A stretch of 64,000 nt of DNA from assembly GCA_041635475.1 (NCBI GenBank), contig JBFKVA010000001.1:64794-128793 (forward strand), written 5' to 3'. The notes under the pieces were generated by a model. That model was not told where the DNA came from. It made no database searches and worked only from the letters and a program-made list of their open reading frames with translations. The translations under genes and the position numbers were made by a program. The stretch comes from Acidimicrobiia bacterium. GTDB taxonomy: Bacteria; Actinomycetota; Acidimicrobiia; Spongiisociales; JAENVV01. Positions 40,668 through 49,472 of the stretch are shown here, piece after piece. Numbering within the stretch: the stretch's first letter is position 1; every line of letters starts with the position of its first letter.

Positions 40668-43265
40668 TCAGCCCTTGGCAGCCGCCAGGTCGGCGCCACT
40701 GGCCGTGTCGACGACGAGGGGCACGTCGAGCTGGGCGACAGCCGACATCGTCTCGGCGAGGAGCGCGGCGGTGGCGTCCACGTCGGCCTCCGGGCACTCG
40801 ACGACGAGCTCGTCGTGGACCTGGAGCAGCATGACGGCTTCGGAGTCCCGCAGGCGTTGGTCGACCGCCACCATCGCCAGTTTGATGATGTCGGCCGCGG
40901 TTCCCTGGATGGGGGCGTTGAGGGCCATCCGCTCCCCCATCTGACGTACCCTCCAGTTGTCCGATCGCAACTCGGCGAGGTAGCGGCGCCGCCCGAACAG
41001 GGTCTCCGTGTAGCCGCGCTGCTTGGCCTCCTCCACGACCCCTCCCAGGAACGCCTTGACCGACCCGAACCGGCCGAAGTAGGCGTCGATGAGCTCCTGG
41101 GCCTCCCCCCGCGGGATCTCGAGCCGATCGGCGAGCCCAAAGGCCTCCATGCCGTAGAGGAGCCCGAAGTTGACCGCCTTGGCTCGGTTGCGCATCTCGG
41201 TGGTCACCTCGTCGAGGCGGACGCCGTTGACGGCGGCCGCGGTTGCCGCATGGATGTCGAGGTTCTCCCGGAAAGCCTGCGTGAGGCCGGGATCGCCGCT
41301 CATGTGGGCCAGGATCCTCAGCTCGATCTGTGAGTAGTCGGCGAGGACGAAGCGCCAGCCGGGGCGGGGTATGAAGGCCTGCCGCACCGTCCGCCCGGAC
41401 TCGGACCGGATCGGGATGTTCTGCAGGTTCGGGTTGTCGGAGCTGAGCCGCCCGGTGGCCGAGCCCATCTGGTTGAAGGTCGTGTGGATTCGTCCGTCGG
41501 GACCGATGAGCGGCAGGTAGCCGTCCACGTACGTGGAGCGGAGCTTCTCCAGCTCCCGGTAGCGGAGGAGCCCGTCGACGATGGGATGGTCGAGCTTGGC
41601 CAGGACCGAGGCGTCGGTGGACGGCACCCCCTTGGACGTCTTCTTGACGACGGGGAGGCCGAGTTGGTCGAACAGGACCTCCCGCAACTGCTGGGTCGAG
41701 TTGACGTTGAAGGGCCCCCCGGCCGCGGCGTGGATGGCGACTTCGAGGCCGGCCAACTCTTCCCGGAGTTCGTCGCCGAGGGCTTCGAGGTAGGCCCGGT
41801 CGACCCCGATGCCCTCCTGTTCCATCCCGGCCAGGACCGGGATGAGCGGAAGCTCCGTCCGGTCGAGGATGTCACGGCCGCCCTGCTCGTCGATCTGTTC
41901 GGCGAAGGCGTCGGCCAAGCGGCGGATGGCGATCGCTTCCGCACCAGCCGTGTCCAGGTCGGGCCCTCCCGCGAAGTCCAGTGTGCCTTGTTCGGCGGCC
42001 CCCTCTCCCTCGGGAGCGAGTTCCACCCGCAGGTGCCGGCTGGCGAGGTCGCGGAGGTCGAAGCTCCGCGTGGCCGGGTTGAGGACGTAGGCCGCAAGCG
42101 CAGTGTCCATGCTGATGCCCTCAAGGGCGACCCCCAGCTCCAGCAGGGCCCGGACGACCGGCTTGAGATGGTGGCCGACGACCCGTACCGAGGGGTCCTC
42201 GAGGCGGCCGGCAAGGGCGTCGAGGAACTCGATGCCCACGAAGGTCGGCGTGTCGTCGTGCACGATGAAACCGGCCAGGTCGTCCAGGTCCCACACCGGG
42301 TGGAGGACGAACTCGGCCGCCCCCGCCGCCGCCAGGACAGCGCCGCCGGAGGTGGCGGTGGTGACCGTGGCCTCGATGGTCTCTTCGTGGTAGTCGATCT
42401 CGGGGTGGAGCCGTTTGAGGTCCTCCCAGATCGAGTGGAACTCGAGGGTGTCGACGAGCTCGGTCATGGCGTCTTCGTCCCAGTTCGTCCACGCCAGGCC
42501 GTCGGGGCTGGGGACCTCGAGGTCGGTGACGATGCGCATGAGGTGCCGGTTGCGGAAGGCGGCGTCCCGGTGCGTCGAGAGGTTCTCCCGCAGCTTCGGG
42601 GTGAGTTCGTCGAGGTGCTCGTAGATCCCATCGATGCTCCCGTGGTCGGCGAGGAGCCGCGACGCGGTCTTCTCCCCCACCCCGGGCACCCCGGGGAGGT
42701 TGTCGGAGGTGTCGCCCCGCAGGGCCGCGAACTCGAGGTACCGCTCGGGGGCCAGGCCGTACTTCTGCTCGATGTAGGCCGGGTCGGCCACGACTGACTC
42801 GGACACGCCGCGGATCGGGTAGAGCACCGTGACCCGATCGTCGACCAGTTGGAACGTGTCGCGGTCGCCGCTGACGATGAGGACGTCCCAACCCTCGCCT
42901 TCGGCCCGCCGGGCCAGGGACCCGATGAGGTCATCGGCCTCGAAGCCGCTTCGGCTCAGCTGGGTGACCCCCATGGCGTCGAGGAACTCCCGGATGAGCG
43001 GGAGTTGCGCCTTGAAGGTGTCCGGTGTGGGCTTGCGCTGCGCCTTGTAGTCGGGGTACTCGTCGCGCCGGAACGTGTTACGCGACTCATCCCAGGCCAC
43101 CGCCATCCGGTCGATGTCCTGGTCGGCGAGGAGCTTCACGAGCATGCGGGCGAAGCCGAACGCGGCGTTCGTCACCTGGCCCGAGGCGGTCATGAGCGTG
43201 TCGGGAAGGGCGAAGAAGGCCCGATACGCCATCGAATGGCCGTCAACGAGGGCGAGGGTCGGCAT
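40668..43265 (-). CDS. polA: DNA polymerase I
   Basis: 5'-3' exonuclease N-terminus. Polymerase motifs RRAAKAVNFGLLYGM and QVHDELVVE. Confidence 0.9.
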   Translation of the reverse strand: MPTLALVDGHSMAYRAFFALPDTLMTASGQVTNAAFGFARMLVKLLADQDIDRMAVAWDESRNTFRRDEYPDYKAQRKPTPDTFKAQLPLIREFLDAMGVTQLSRSGFEADDLIGSLARRAEGEGWDVLIVSGDRDTFQLVDDRVTVLYPIRGVSESVVADPAYIEQKYGLAPERYLEFAALRGDTSDNLPGVPGVGEKTASRLLADHGSIDGIYEHLDELTPKLRENLSTHRDAAFRNRHLMRIVTDLEVPSPDGLAWTNWDEDAMTELVDTLEFHSIWEDLKRLHPEIDYHEETIEATVTTATSGGAVLAAAGAAEFVLHPVWDLDDLAGFIVHDDTPTFVGIEFLDALAGRLEDPSVRVVGHHLKPVVRALLELGVALEGISMDTALAAYVLNPATRSFDLRDLASRHLRVELAPEGEGAAEQGTLDFAGGPDLDTAGAEAIAIRRLADAFAEQIDEQGGRDILDRTELPLIPVLAGMEQEGIGVDRAYLEALGDELREELAGLEVAIHAAAGGPFNVNSTQQLREVLFDQLGLPVVKKTSKGVPSTDASVLAKLDHPIVDGLLRYRELEKLRSTYVDGYLPLIGPDGRIHTTFNQMGSATGRLSSDNPNLQNIPIRSESGRTVRQAFIPRPGWRFVLADYSQIELRILAHMSGDPGLTQAFRENLDIHAATAAAVNGVRLDEVTTEMRNRAKAVNFGLLYGMEAFGLADRLEIPRGEAQELIDAYFGRFGSVKAFLGGVVEEAKQRGYTETLFGRRRYLAELRSDNWRVRQMGERMALNAPIQGTAADIIKLAMVAVDQRLRDSEAVMLLQVHDELVVECPEADVDATAALLAETMSAVAQLDVPLVVDTASGADLAAAKG

Positions 43266-43322
43266 CGGTGCGGAGCGTAGCTCCCCACCGGGCGGGAGCG
43301 ATAGGTGCGCCTGACGCCGTCG

Positions 43323-43598
43323 TCAGTCGTCGAAGGAGGCGAGGAGACGTTCGAGCTCGGCCTCCCGTGCCCGGAGGCGGTCCCGCGTCCTGGCCAGCGC
43401 CTTCTCGAACCGTGGAAGGTCGCCCTTCACCTCGCCGTAGAAGGCGCGATCGTCGGCGTTCCCGGCGATGGCGTCCCGATGGGCGTCGTCGTGGATGTGG
43501 CGATGGTAGTCGACCTCGGCGGCCAGGCGACCTTCATCCGCGCGCAGGACGTCGATCTCGTCCCGGAGTCGAAATGCCTTGCGCTCGATGCGTCCCAT
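43323..43598 (-). CDS. hypothetical protein (charged, His-rich; 91 aa)
   Basis: ORF between polA and the tRNA. Reasonable codon bias, no recognised domain. Confidence 0.4.
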   Translation of the reverse strand: MGRIERKAFRLRDEIDVLRADEGRLAAEVDYHRHIHDDAHRDAIAGNADDRAFYGEVKGDLPRFEKALARTRDRLRAREAELERLLASFDD

Positions 43599-43638
43599 TG
43601 GTGTGGTGGTCCGACTCCAGGTCGCCTACGATGCCGAC

Positions 43639-43721
43639 CGCGTGCCCGGCCGGGATGGCGGAATGGTAGACGCGACGGACTCAAAATCCGTTGCCCGCAA
43701 GGGCGTGCGGGTTCGAGTCCC
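43639..43721 (+). tRNA. tRNA-Leu (anticodon CAA)
   Basis: Manual fold: acceptor GCCGGGA/TCCCGGT, D-arm GCGGAATGGTAGACGC, anticodon stem ACGGA/TCCGT with loop CTCAAAA, long variable arm, T-arm GCGGGTTCGAGTCCCGC. Confidence 0.85.
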
Positions 43722-43883
43722 GCTCCCGGTACGAAGTGAGGTCGGCCTTGTGCCGGCCTCGATTCGTCTTGGCGTGGGACACACGAGCCCGTCGGCGAAG
43801 CCGCGGGTTCGCTACGACGAGCGCAGCGAGGAGTGCCGAGCACCGGCGCAGCCGGGCGCAGGCCGTCCCGCTCCCGGTACGAA
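43722..43883 (+). repeat. decayed tRNA-Leu 3'-end copies, including a 19-bp exact direct repeat of the tRNA 3' end
   Basis: gtcccgctcccggtacgaa occurs at ~43707-43725 (genuine tRNA 3' end) and again at ~43865-43883. Between them lies a T-arm-like gaagccgcgggttcgctacgac fragment. Confidence 0.6.
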
Positions 43884-43885
43884 AC

Positions 43886-43945
43886 CCCGTTTTCCCCCGC
43901 GGTAGGTCCGCCCTGGACGGACAACGGGCGGGGGAAAACGGGTCG
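43886..43945. repeat. ~58-nt hairpin-forming repeat, copy 1
   Basis: cccgttttcccccgc-ggtaggtccgccctggacggacaacg-ggcgggggaaaacggg. 15-bp outer stem plus inner stem. Paralogous to 46141-46200. Confidence 0.6.
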
Positions 43946-43948
43946 CGG

Positions 43949-44200
43949 TCAGGAGTACTCGCTCACCGGATAGATCTCGTCGGCTACGAGGCCGTGGGCT
44001 TCCCGATGAACCGTGTGTGCCGCGTCGGCGTCGGGAGCGTCGACCAGGCAGAAGATCCTTCCAGCCTCTTCATCCACCCAGTACCGCAGGTAGCTCACCG
44101 CGTACTTGTCCTGCGTGGCCAGATCGGCTTGATGGGCACCGGCCACATCACTCGCCGAGACTCCGCCTTCGATGTTGTGGACATCCATGAACAGGGGCAT
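43949..44200 (-). CDS. DUF4242 family protein
   Basis: MPLFMDVHNIEGGVSASDVAGAHQADLATQDKYAVSYLRYWVDEEAGRIFCLVDAPDADAAHTVHREAHGLVADEI, typical DUF4242. Confidence 0.65.
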   Translation of the reverse strand: MPLFMDVHNIEGGVSASDVAGAHQADLATQDKYAVSYLRYWVDEEAGRIFCLVDAPDADAAHTVHREAHGLVADEIYPVSEYS

Positions 44201-44274
44201 TGCGTGTTCCTCCATCTGTCTCTGGCCCCGGCGGATTCCGGGGCCTTCCGCGGATGAAAGCCGACGGCTGTTTG

Positions 44275-46114
44275 ATGGGGCGTTTGATGAGTCCTATCGT
44301 TGGTGGCATCCCGTCGTCCAGCCTCACCATTCACCTCCTCGGACGTCCCGCCATCGTCCAAGGGGACGGGGAGCCGTATCGCATTCGCAGCCAGAAGAGC
44401 TGGGGGCTCCTCGCCTACCTCATCCTGGCCGAACGCCCGCCCAGTCGCCCACAGCTCGCGACGCTGCTGTTCTCCGAGGCGAATGATCCACTCCGAGCAC
44501 TCCGCTGGAGCCTGGCTGAGATCCGCCGGGCACTCGGCGATTCGGCTCGGCTGGAGGGCGACCCGGTCGAACTCCATCTCGCCGAGGGCACGATCGTGGA
44601 CATCGATGTGGTGACTCGCGGTGCGTGGACCGACGCGGTCCTCCTGCCCGGCCTGGGCCAGGATCTCCTGGAAGGCACGAACATCAGGAGCGCCGCAGCG
44701 TTCGAGTCCTGGCTCGTGTCGCAGCAGCACCACTTCGGCGCAGGCTCGGAGGCCATACTCCACGAGGCGTCTCTGGCTGCCTTGACGCGGGGCGCCGTCC
44801 AGGACGCCACCGACTACGCCGTGCGACTCGTCTCGATGAAGCCGTTCGACGAGAACCACCAGGCCCTGCTCATCAGGTCGTATGAGGCGGCTGGGGACCA
44901 CGAGGCAGCCCTCAGACAACTCGCCATCTGCACCGAGCTGTTCGAGCGGGAGCTTGGCGTTTCTCCAGGCGTCGCCGTTCACGACGCCGCCCAGGCACCA
45001 CCGACTCACGACCACACGCCGACAGACGCGACATCCATCGAGGCCCTCCTCGAGGCCGGATCGGCCGCGGTGGGGGCCGGTGCCATCGAGGCCGGGGTCC
45101 GATCGTTGCGCGCCGGTGTCGGCCTCTCCGACGCCGGCGGCGTCGGAGAGGCTGCGGGTGAGGTCGCGCCTCGCCCTGGCGGAGGCATTGATCCACTCAC
45201 TGCGCGGCAGGGACGAGGAGGGAATCGCCGCGCTGCACCAAGCCGGTGAGATTGCGCTTGTCCACGGCGAGAACGACCTGGCCGCGGCAGTCAGGGCTGA
45301 GCTCGGCTATGTCGACTTCCTCAGGGCCCGGTACGACAGGGCCGAGCGCTGGCTGCTCGACGCACTCCGACTCGGTGGCCGGACGGCTCCCACCGCGGCG
45401 AAGGCCGCCATGTACCTCGGTTCGGTGGAGAGCGATCGAGGCAACTACCTCCGGGCCATGAACCACTTGACGGAGGCCCTGGCAGCGACGAAGACCACCG
45501 GTGACCGGCGAGGCGAGGCGTACGCGTCGTCCATGGTCGGCCGGATCCACCTCCTGCGAGGGGACCTGGATGGGGCCGCTCGTGAGCTCGAGACGTCGAT
45601 CGAGCTCGCCGAGTCCGATCACTGGCTGGCCTTCCTGCCTTGGCCACAAGCTCTCCGGGGGGAGGTGGAACTCGTCCACAACGACCTCGATGGTGCATCC
45701 GAGCGCCTGGAACAGGCATTCGCCCGCGCCTGCCAACTCGGGGATCCGTGCTGGGAGGGAATCGCCGCTCGCGGGATCGCCCTTGCCACCGAGATGGCCG
45801 GGGAACCGGCGCGGGCGCTCGAACTCCTGGGCGACGCTCGTGCCCGGTGCAACCGCCTGTCGGACCCGTATGTGTGGCTCGACGGCTACATCCTGGACTC
45901 GCAGTGCACGCTCGGCCTCCGCCACGGGCATCCCGAAACCTCCCGCTGGATCGGACAGCTCCACGAACTGGCGTCGCGGACCGGGATGCGGGAACTCGTC
46001 GTTCGATCGCTGGTGCATCGGGCCGCCATGGGTGGCGTCGGAGACCTGGAGGCTGCCGCGTTGCTGAGGGCGGAGATCGACAACCCCGCCCTCGATCGGG
46101 TCGTCCCGACGTAG
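44275..46114 (+). CDS. SARP/AfsR-family transcriptional regulator (OmpR-type wHTH + BTAD + TPR), interrupted by an apparent frameshift near 45140-45170
   Basis: ORF 44200..45249 holds the wHTH/BTAD region (LTIHLLGRPAIVQGDGEPYRI...LRALRWSLAEIRRAL...YEAAGDHEAALRQLAICTELFERELGVSPG). ORF 44882..46114, in the +1 frame, continues from the junction with TPR-like repeats (RLRSRLALAEALIHSL...). No plausible independent start for the second part. Confidence 0.6.
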
Positions 46115-46140
46115 GCGGCGCGGGTCCGGTCCCCAACCTC

Positions 46141-46200
46141 TCGTTTTCCCACGCGATATGTCCGCCCTGGGCGGACAACGGGCGTGGGAAAACAGGAATG
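46141..46200. repeat. ~58-nt hairpin-forming repeat, copy 2
   Basis: ctcgttttcccacgc-gatatgtccgccctgggcggacaacg-ggcgtgggaaaacagg. ~85% identical to copy 1, with a compensatory c:g to a:t stem change. Confidence 0.6.
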
Positions 46201-46252
46201 GGAGTGGGGGCACGCTCAGGTTTCGCGGGCGACCGACCGATGCCATATACGT

Positions 46253-47443
46253 ATGTCAGGCATCACCGTCGTCTCGCCATCGTCCGAGTTCACCGAGCGG
46301 CTCACCCTGGTGCTCCTCGGCGAAGCCCATCTCACCATCACATCGTGGTGGGACGAGTTGGTGGCCGCCCAACCCGAGTACGCCACCGAGGTGATCCAGG
46401 AGACCGAACCCTCTCTCATCGTGCTCGGACCGGGACTCGACCGCGACACCGTGCTGGACCTGGCAGCCGAGCTGCACCACAGGATGCCCGAGGTGTCCGT
46501 GGTGGAGATCGCCGAGCCCGACCCATCCCTGTTCCCCCAGGCGATGAGCGTCGGCATCAAGGACATCATCGCCGAGGATGCCCCGTTCGACGTGCTCCGA
46601 GACCGGATCAACCGGGGGCTGGCGGTCTCCGAACGCCTCAGCGCCCGCCGCACGTCCATCAAGGACGTCGAGCGGGGGTCACTCGTGGTCGTGGTCGCCC
46701 CCAAGGGTGGCACCGGCAAGACCTCCACCATCACCAACCTGGCGATCGTCTTGAGCCAGCAGTACCCCGGTGAGGTGGTGCTCGTCGACCTGGACCTCCA
46801 GTTCGGGGGGGTCTGCGAGACCCTGCTCCTCGAACCGTCGTACACCATCTCCGACGCCGCCCAGGTCCGGGGTCCCCTCGACGCCACCACGGTGAAGGCG
46901 ATGCTCACCCCCCGTGAAGGACTGTTCGTCCTGGCCGCCCCCGGCTCCCCCGAAGAGGCCGATGTGATCGACTCGGCCCTCGTGGAGACCGTCGTCTCAT
47001 CGCTCACCGCGGCGTTCACGTGGGTGCTCGTCGACACCGCGGCCGGCATCAGCGAGGAAGCGATCTGGGTGATCGAGAACGCGTCCGACATGCTTCTCCT
47101 CGTGTCGGAGGACGTCCTCTCGCTCACCTCGATGCGCAAGACGATGGGGCTCCTCGATCAGCTGGGGTTCACCGCATCGGCCCGCACCCTCATCCTCAAC
47201 CGGGCCAACAGCAAGGTGGGCCTCGACACCCAGTCGGTCGAACGGTCCCTCGGCGCCCGCGTCGACGTCGAACTGCCATCCACCCGCCTCGTGCCGATCA
47301 GCCTCAACCGGGGTGAGCCGTACGTGGAAGCCCGACCCGACTCGACCATCTCCCGCCGGATCGCCGACATCGCCGTCCGGCTCACCAACTCGCGGGAGCG
47401 ACGCCGGTCCTCCCTCGTGGGGGGGACGTCGGCCGGACACTGA
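46253..47443 (+). CDS. TadZ/CpaE-like protein: N-terminal pseudo-receiver + ParA/MinD-type ATPase
   Basis: Deviant Walker A VVVAPKGGTGKTSTITNLA. N-terminal ~130-aa receiver-like fold lacking the phospho-acceptor Asp. No other tad/flp genes in the window. Confidence 0.7.
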   Translation: MSGITVVSPSSEFTERLTLVLLGEAHLTITSWWDELVAAQPEYATEVIQETEPSLIVLGPGLDRDTVLDLAAELHHRMPEVSVVEIAEPDPSLFPQAMSVGIKDIIAEDAPFDVLRDRINRGLAVSERLSARRTSIKDVERGSLVVVVAPKGGTGKTSTITNLAIVLSQQYPGEVVLVDLDLQFGGVCETLLLEPSYTISDAAQVRGPLDATTVKAMLTPREGLFVLAAPGSPEEADVIDSALVETVVSSLTAAFTWVLVDTAAGISEEAIWVIENASDMLLLVSEDVLSLTSMRKTMGLLDQLGFTASARTLILNRANSKVGLDTQSVERSLGARVDVELPSTRLVPISLNRGEPYVEARPDSTISRRIADIAVRLTNSRERRRSSLVGGTSAGH

Positions 47444-47566
47444 AGCCCCGGCCGGCCAGACGGAGCCTCTCTTGTCCCACGAATGGTGGGTGAACAAGGA
47501 CCAAGAGTGATAGCCTGTGGACCCGGCCCATGCAGGGTGAGGCTGGCCCAACGCTCGGAGGGTGGT

Positions 47567-48568
47567 ATGACCTTGCCTGAATGGCTCAACGGAAGCGACC
47601 GCCATACCGGGCTGTGGCTCGTCCTGGGCCTCTCGCTCCTGCTGATCCCGGCCGCGGCGTGGGCGGCGGGAGGGACCACGACCGGCGTCGTGATCCTCCT
47701 GGCGGTCCCGGTGGCGGTGGCCGGTGCCGCCCTCGGCACACGGGCGGGGGCCTGGACCGGGCTGGCCGCCGGCGCCCTGGCTGCGCTCGTTCCGTTCTCG
47801 GTGGACCTGGGAACGGCCCAGTCGCCAACCCGGGCGGTGCTACGCCTGGTGACGTTCGTCCTCGTGGGCTGGTTCGTCGGCTACGTGAGAGCCGGCCTCC
47901 TCGAACTGTCCCGCTCCCGATCCCGCTTCCTCTCCACGGTGAGCCATGAGCTGCGGACCCCCCTCACGTCGATCGTCGGGTACTCGGAGATCCTCCACGA
48001 GCGTCGCCATGAACTCGGCGACCCGGCGGTCGTGGAGATGGTCGAGCACCTGCACCGCGAGAGCTTCCAGATGAGCCACACCCTCGACCAGATGCTCGTG
48101 GCGGCCCGAATCGACACGGGTTCCCTGCCGGTCGACGCCCGGCCGGTCGACCTGCGGGCAACCCTTCAGGAGGTCCTTGAGCACCTTCCACCCATCGGCC
48201 TCCCGTTAGACGTCGACGTCGAGGGAACGGCCGTGGCCGTCGCCGATCGCCTCCGGGTGACACAGATCTTCCGCAACCTCCTGGTTCACGTGAGCGAGGT
48301 GACGGAGAGCGCGACAGCCGAGGTTGCCATCTCGTCCAACGGCGAGGCCGTCGTCGAACTCACCTACACCGGCGACTCCCTCCTCGCCGACCCCACCTTC
48401 CGCCTCTTCGCCCCGCTGTTCAGCCAGGGACCCCGGGTGGACATGGGGGTCGAGCGGTGGCTCCCGCTCGCGGTCTCCAAGCAGCTGGCCCGTCTCATGG
48501 GCGGGGACCTGGACCATTTCTCCCACGGTCCGACCTCGACGTTCCGGCTCCTCCTGCCCGCGTCCTGA
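47567..48568 (+). CDS. membrane histidine kinase with intact HisKA but degenerate ATP-binding domain
   Basis: 3 TM segments. H-box STVSHELRTPLTSIVGYSE. N-box RNLLVHV (Asn replaced by His). G1/G2 glycine boxes not recognisable. Confidence 0.65.
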   Translation: MTLPEWLNGSDRHTGLWLVLGLSLLLIPAAAWAAGGTTTGVVILLAVPVAVAGAALGTRAGAWTGLAAGALAALVPFSVDLGTAQSPTRAVLRLVTFVLVGWFVGYVRAGLLELSRSRSRFLSTVSHELRTPLTSIVGYSEILHERRHELGDPAVVEMVEHLHRESFQMSHTLDQMLVAARIDTGSLPVDARPVDLRATLQEVLEHLPPIGLPLDVDVEGTAVAVADRLRVTQIFRNLLVHVSEVTESATAEVAISSNGEAVVELTYTGDSLLADPTFRLFAPLFSQGPRVDMGVERWLPLAVSKQLARLMGGDLDHFSHGPTSTFRLLLPAS

Positions 48569-48602
48569 GCGCGAAACACTTCCCGACGCGACGTTGACGA
48601 AC

Positions 48603-49382
48603 ATGTGTTCGATGTCGTATCGTCCCCGGATGGACGACCTCAGGGCAGAACTCGACCTCCTCGAGCGGCGGTACGGGTCCGTCGCGGACGTCGCGGACGT
48701 CACCCGGCTCCAGATCGCCCGCCAGCGTCATAACCACGAGTTGGACCGTGTCAACGCGGAGTTGGACGAGCTGTTGGTACGGCGGCGGGTGACCGTCGAC
48801 TCGATCGAGCGCCTCATCGCGCTGGAGCGCGAGATCCTGCGACGGGCCATCGACGGGGAACGCCGGCGTCGACGGGAGGGCTGGTCCCCCACGCCGATCC
48901 TGGGGTTCCGGGCGTGGACCATCGAGCGCGGCCGCCTCCACGGAGCCGTCGAACCGTGGCTCGGTCTCACGATGGAAGCGACATGCCGGACGGTCACCGC
49001 CCAGGACGAGGTTCCCCACTCCGACGGTCGGTGCGGGGCCCCGGCGTGCGGTATCTACGCCCTCAAGCGGGCCATCGACATCCAGGACGTCACCGGCTGG
49101 CCCACCGAACACCTGGCCCTGGGGATGGTGGCGCTCACCGGCAAGGTCGTCGAGCACGCCCTCGGGTACCGCGCCCAGCGGGCCCAGGTCGTCGCCCTGG
49201 CCGTCCAGCACCCGGACGGCGTCGTGTTCGTCCCCCACCCGGTCGACCTGTGGCCGATCCTGGACGGGGCCGGTCCAACCCGGGACGTCTTCGGCGCCAT
49301 CGACCCCTACCCAGCCATGTGCCAATGGTTGGAGGTACAGAAGGAGACGCACGAATGGACATCGGTGAACAGGACCGCGTGA
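48603..49382 (+). CDS. hypothetical protein: N-terminal coiled coil + C-terminal Cys/His-containing domain
   Basis: Start ambiguous (48603 MCSMS / 48630 MDDLRAEL). Charged heptad-like N-terminus. C-terminal ...GRCGAPACGIYALK...HPDGVVFVPHP.... No known domain recognised. Confidence 0.5.
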   Translation: MCSMSYRPRMDDLRAELDLLERRYGSVADVADVTRLQIARQRHNHELDRVNAELDELLVRRRVTVDSIERLIALEREILRRAIDGERRRRREGWSPTPILGFRAWTIERGRLHGAVEPWLGLTMEATCRTVTAQDEVPHSDGRCGAPACGIYALKRAIDIQDVTGWPTEHLALGMVALTGKVVEHALGYRAQRAQVVALAVQHPDGVVFVPHPVDLWPILDGAGPTRDVFGAIDPYPAMCQWLEVQKETHEWTSVNRTA

Positions 49383-49472
49383 TCATCGTCGAGCCGCTGG
49401 CCGACCCCACCCCCGCACCCGTCACGACCCCGGCACCGGCCAAGGAACCGGTGCCCAGCGACCGGTGATCGA

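Noticed and set aside
40523-41140. N-terminal 206-aa extension of the ORF containing rpsA
   Set aside because: Overlaps the polA 3' end out of frame. rpsA starts at the Met of MSEHD (40522).
43691-44257. 188-aa plus-strand ORF beginning inside tRNA-Leu(CAA)
   Set aside because: Starts within the tRNA and runs antisense through the DUF4242 gene. No coding signal.
46105-46140. possible fourth degenerate tRNA-3'-end-like copy (gcgggtccggtcccc) just before hairpin copy 2
   Set aside because: Only ~11/17 match to the tRNA T-arm, and it lies within the SARP C-terminal coding sequence. Too weak to call.
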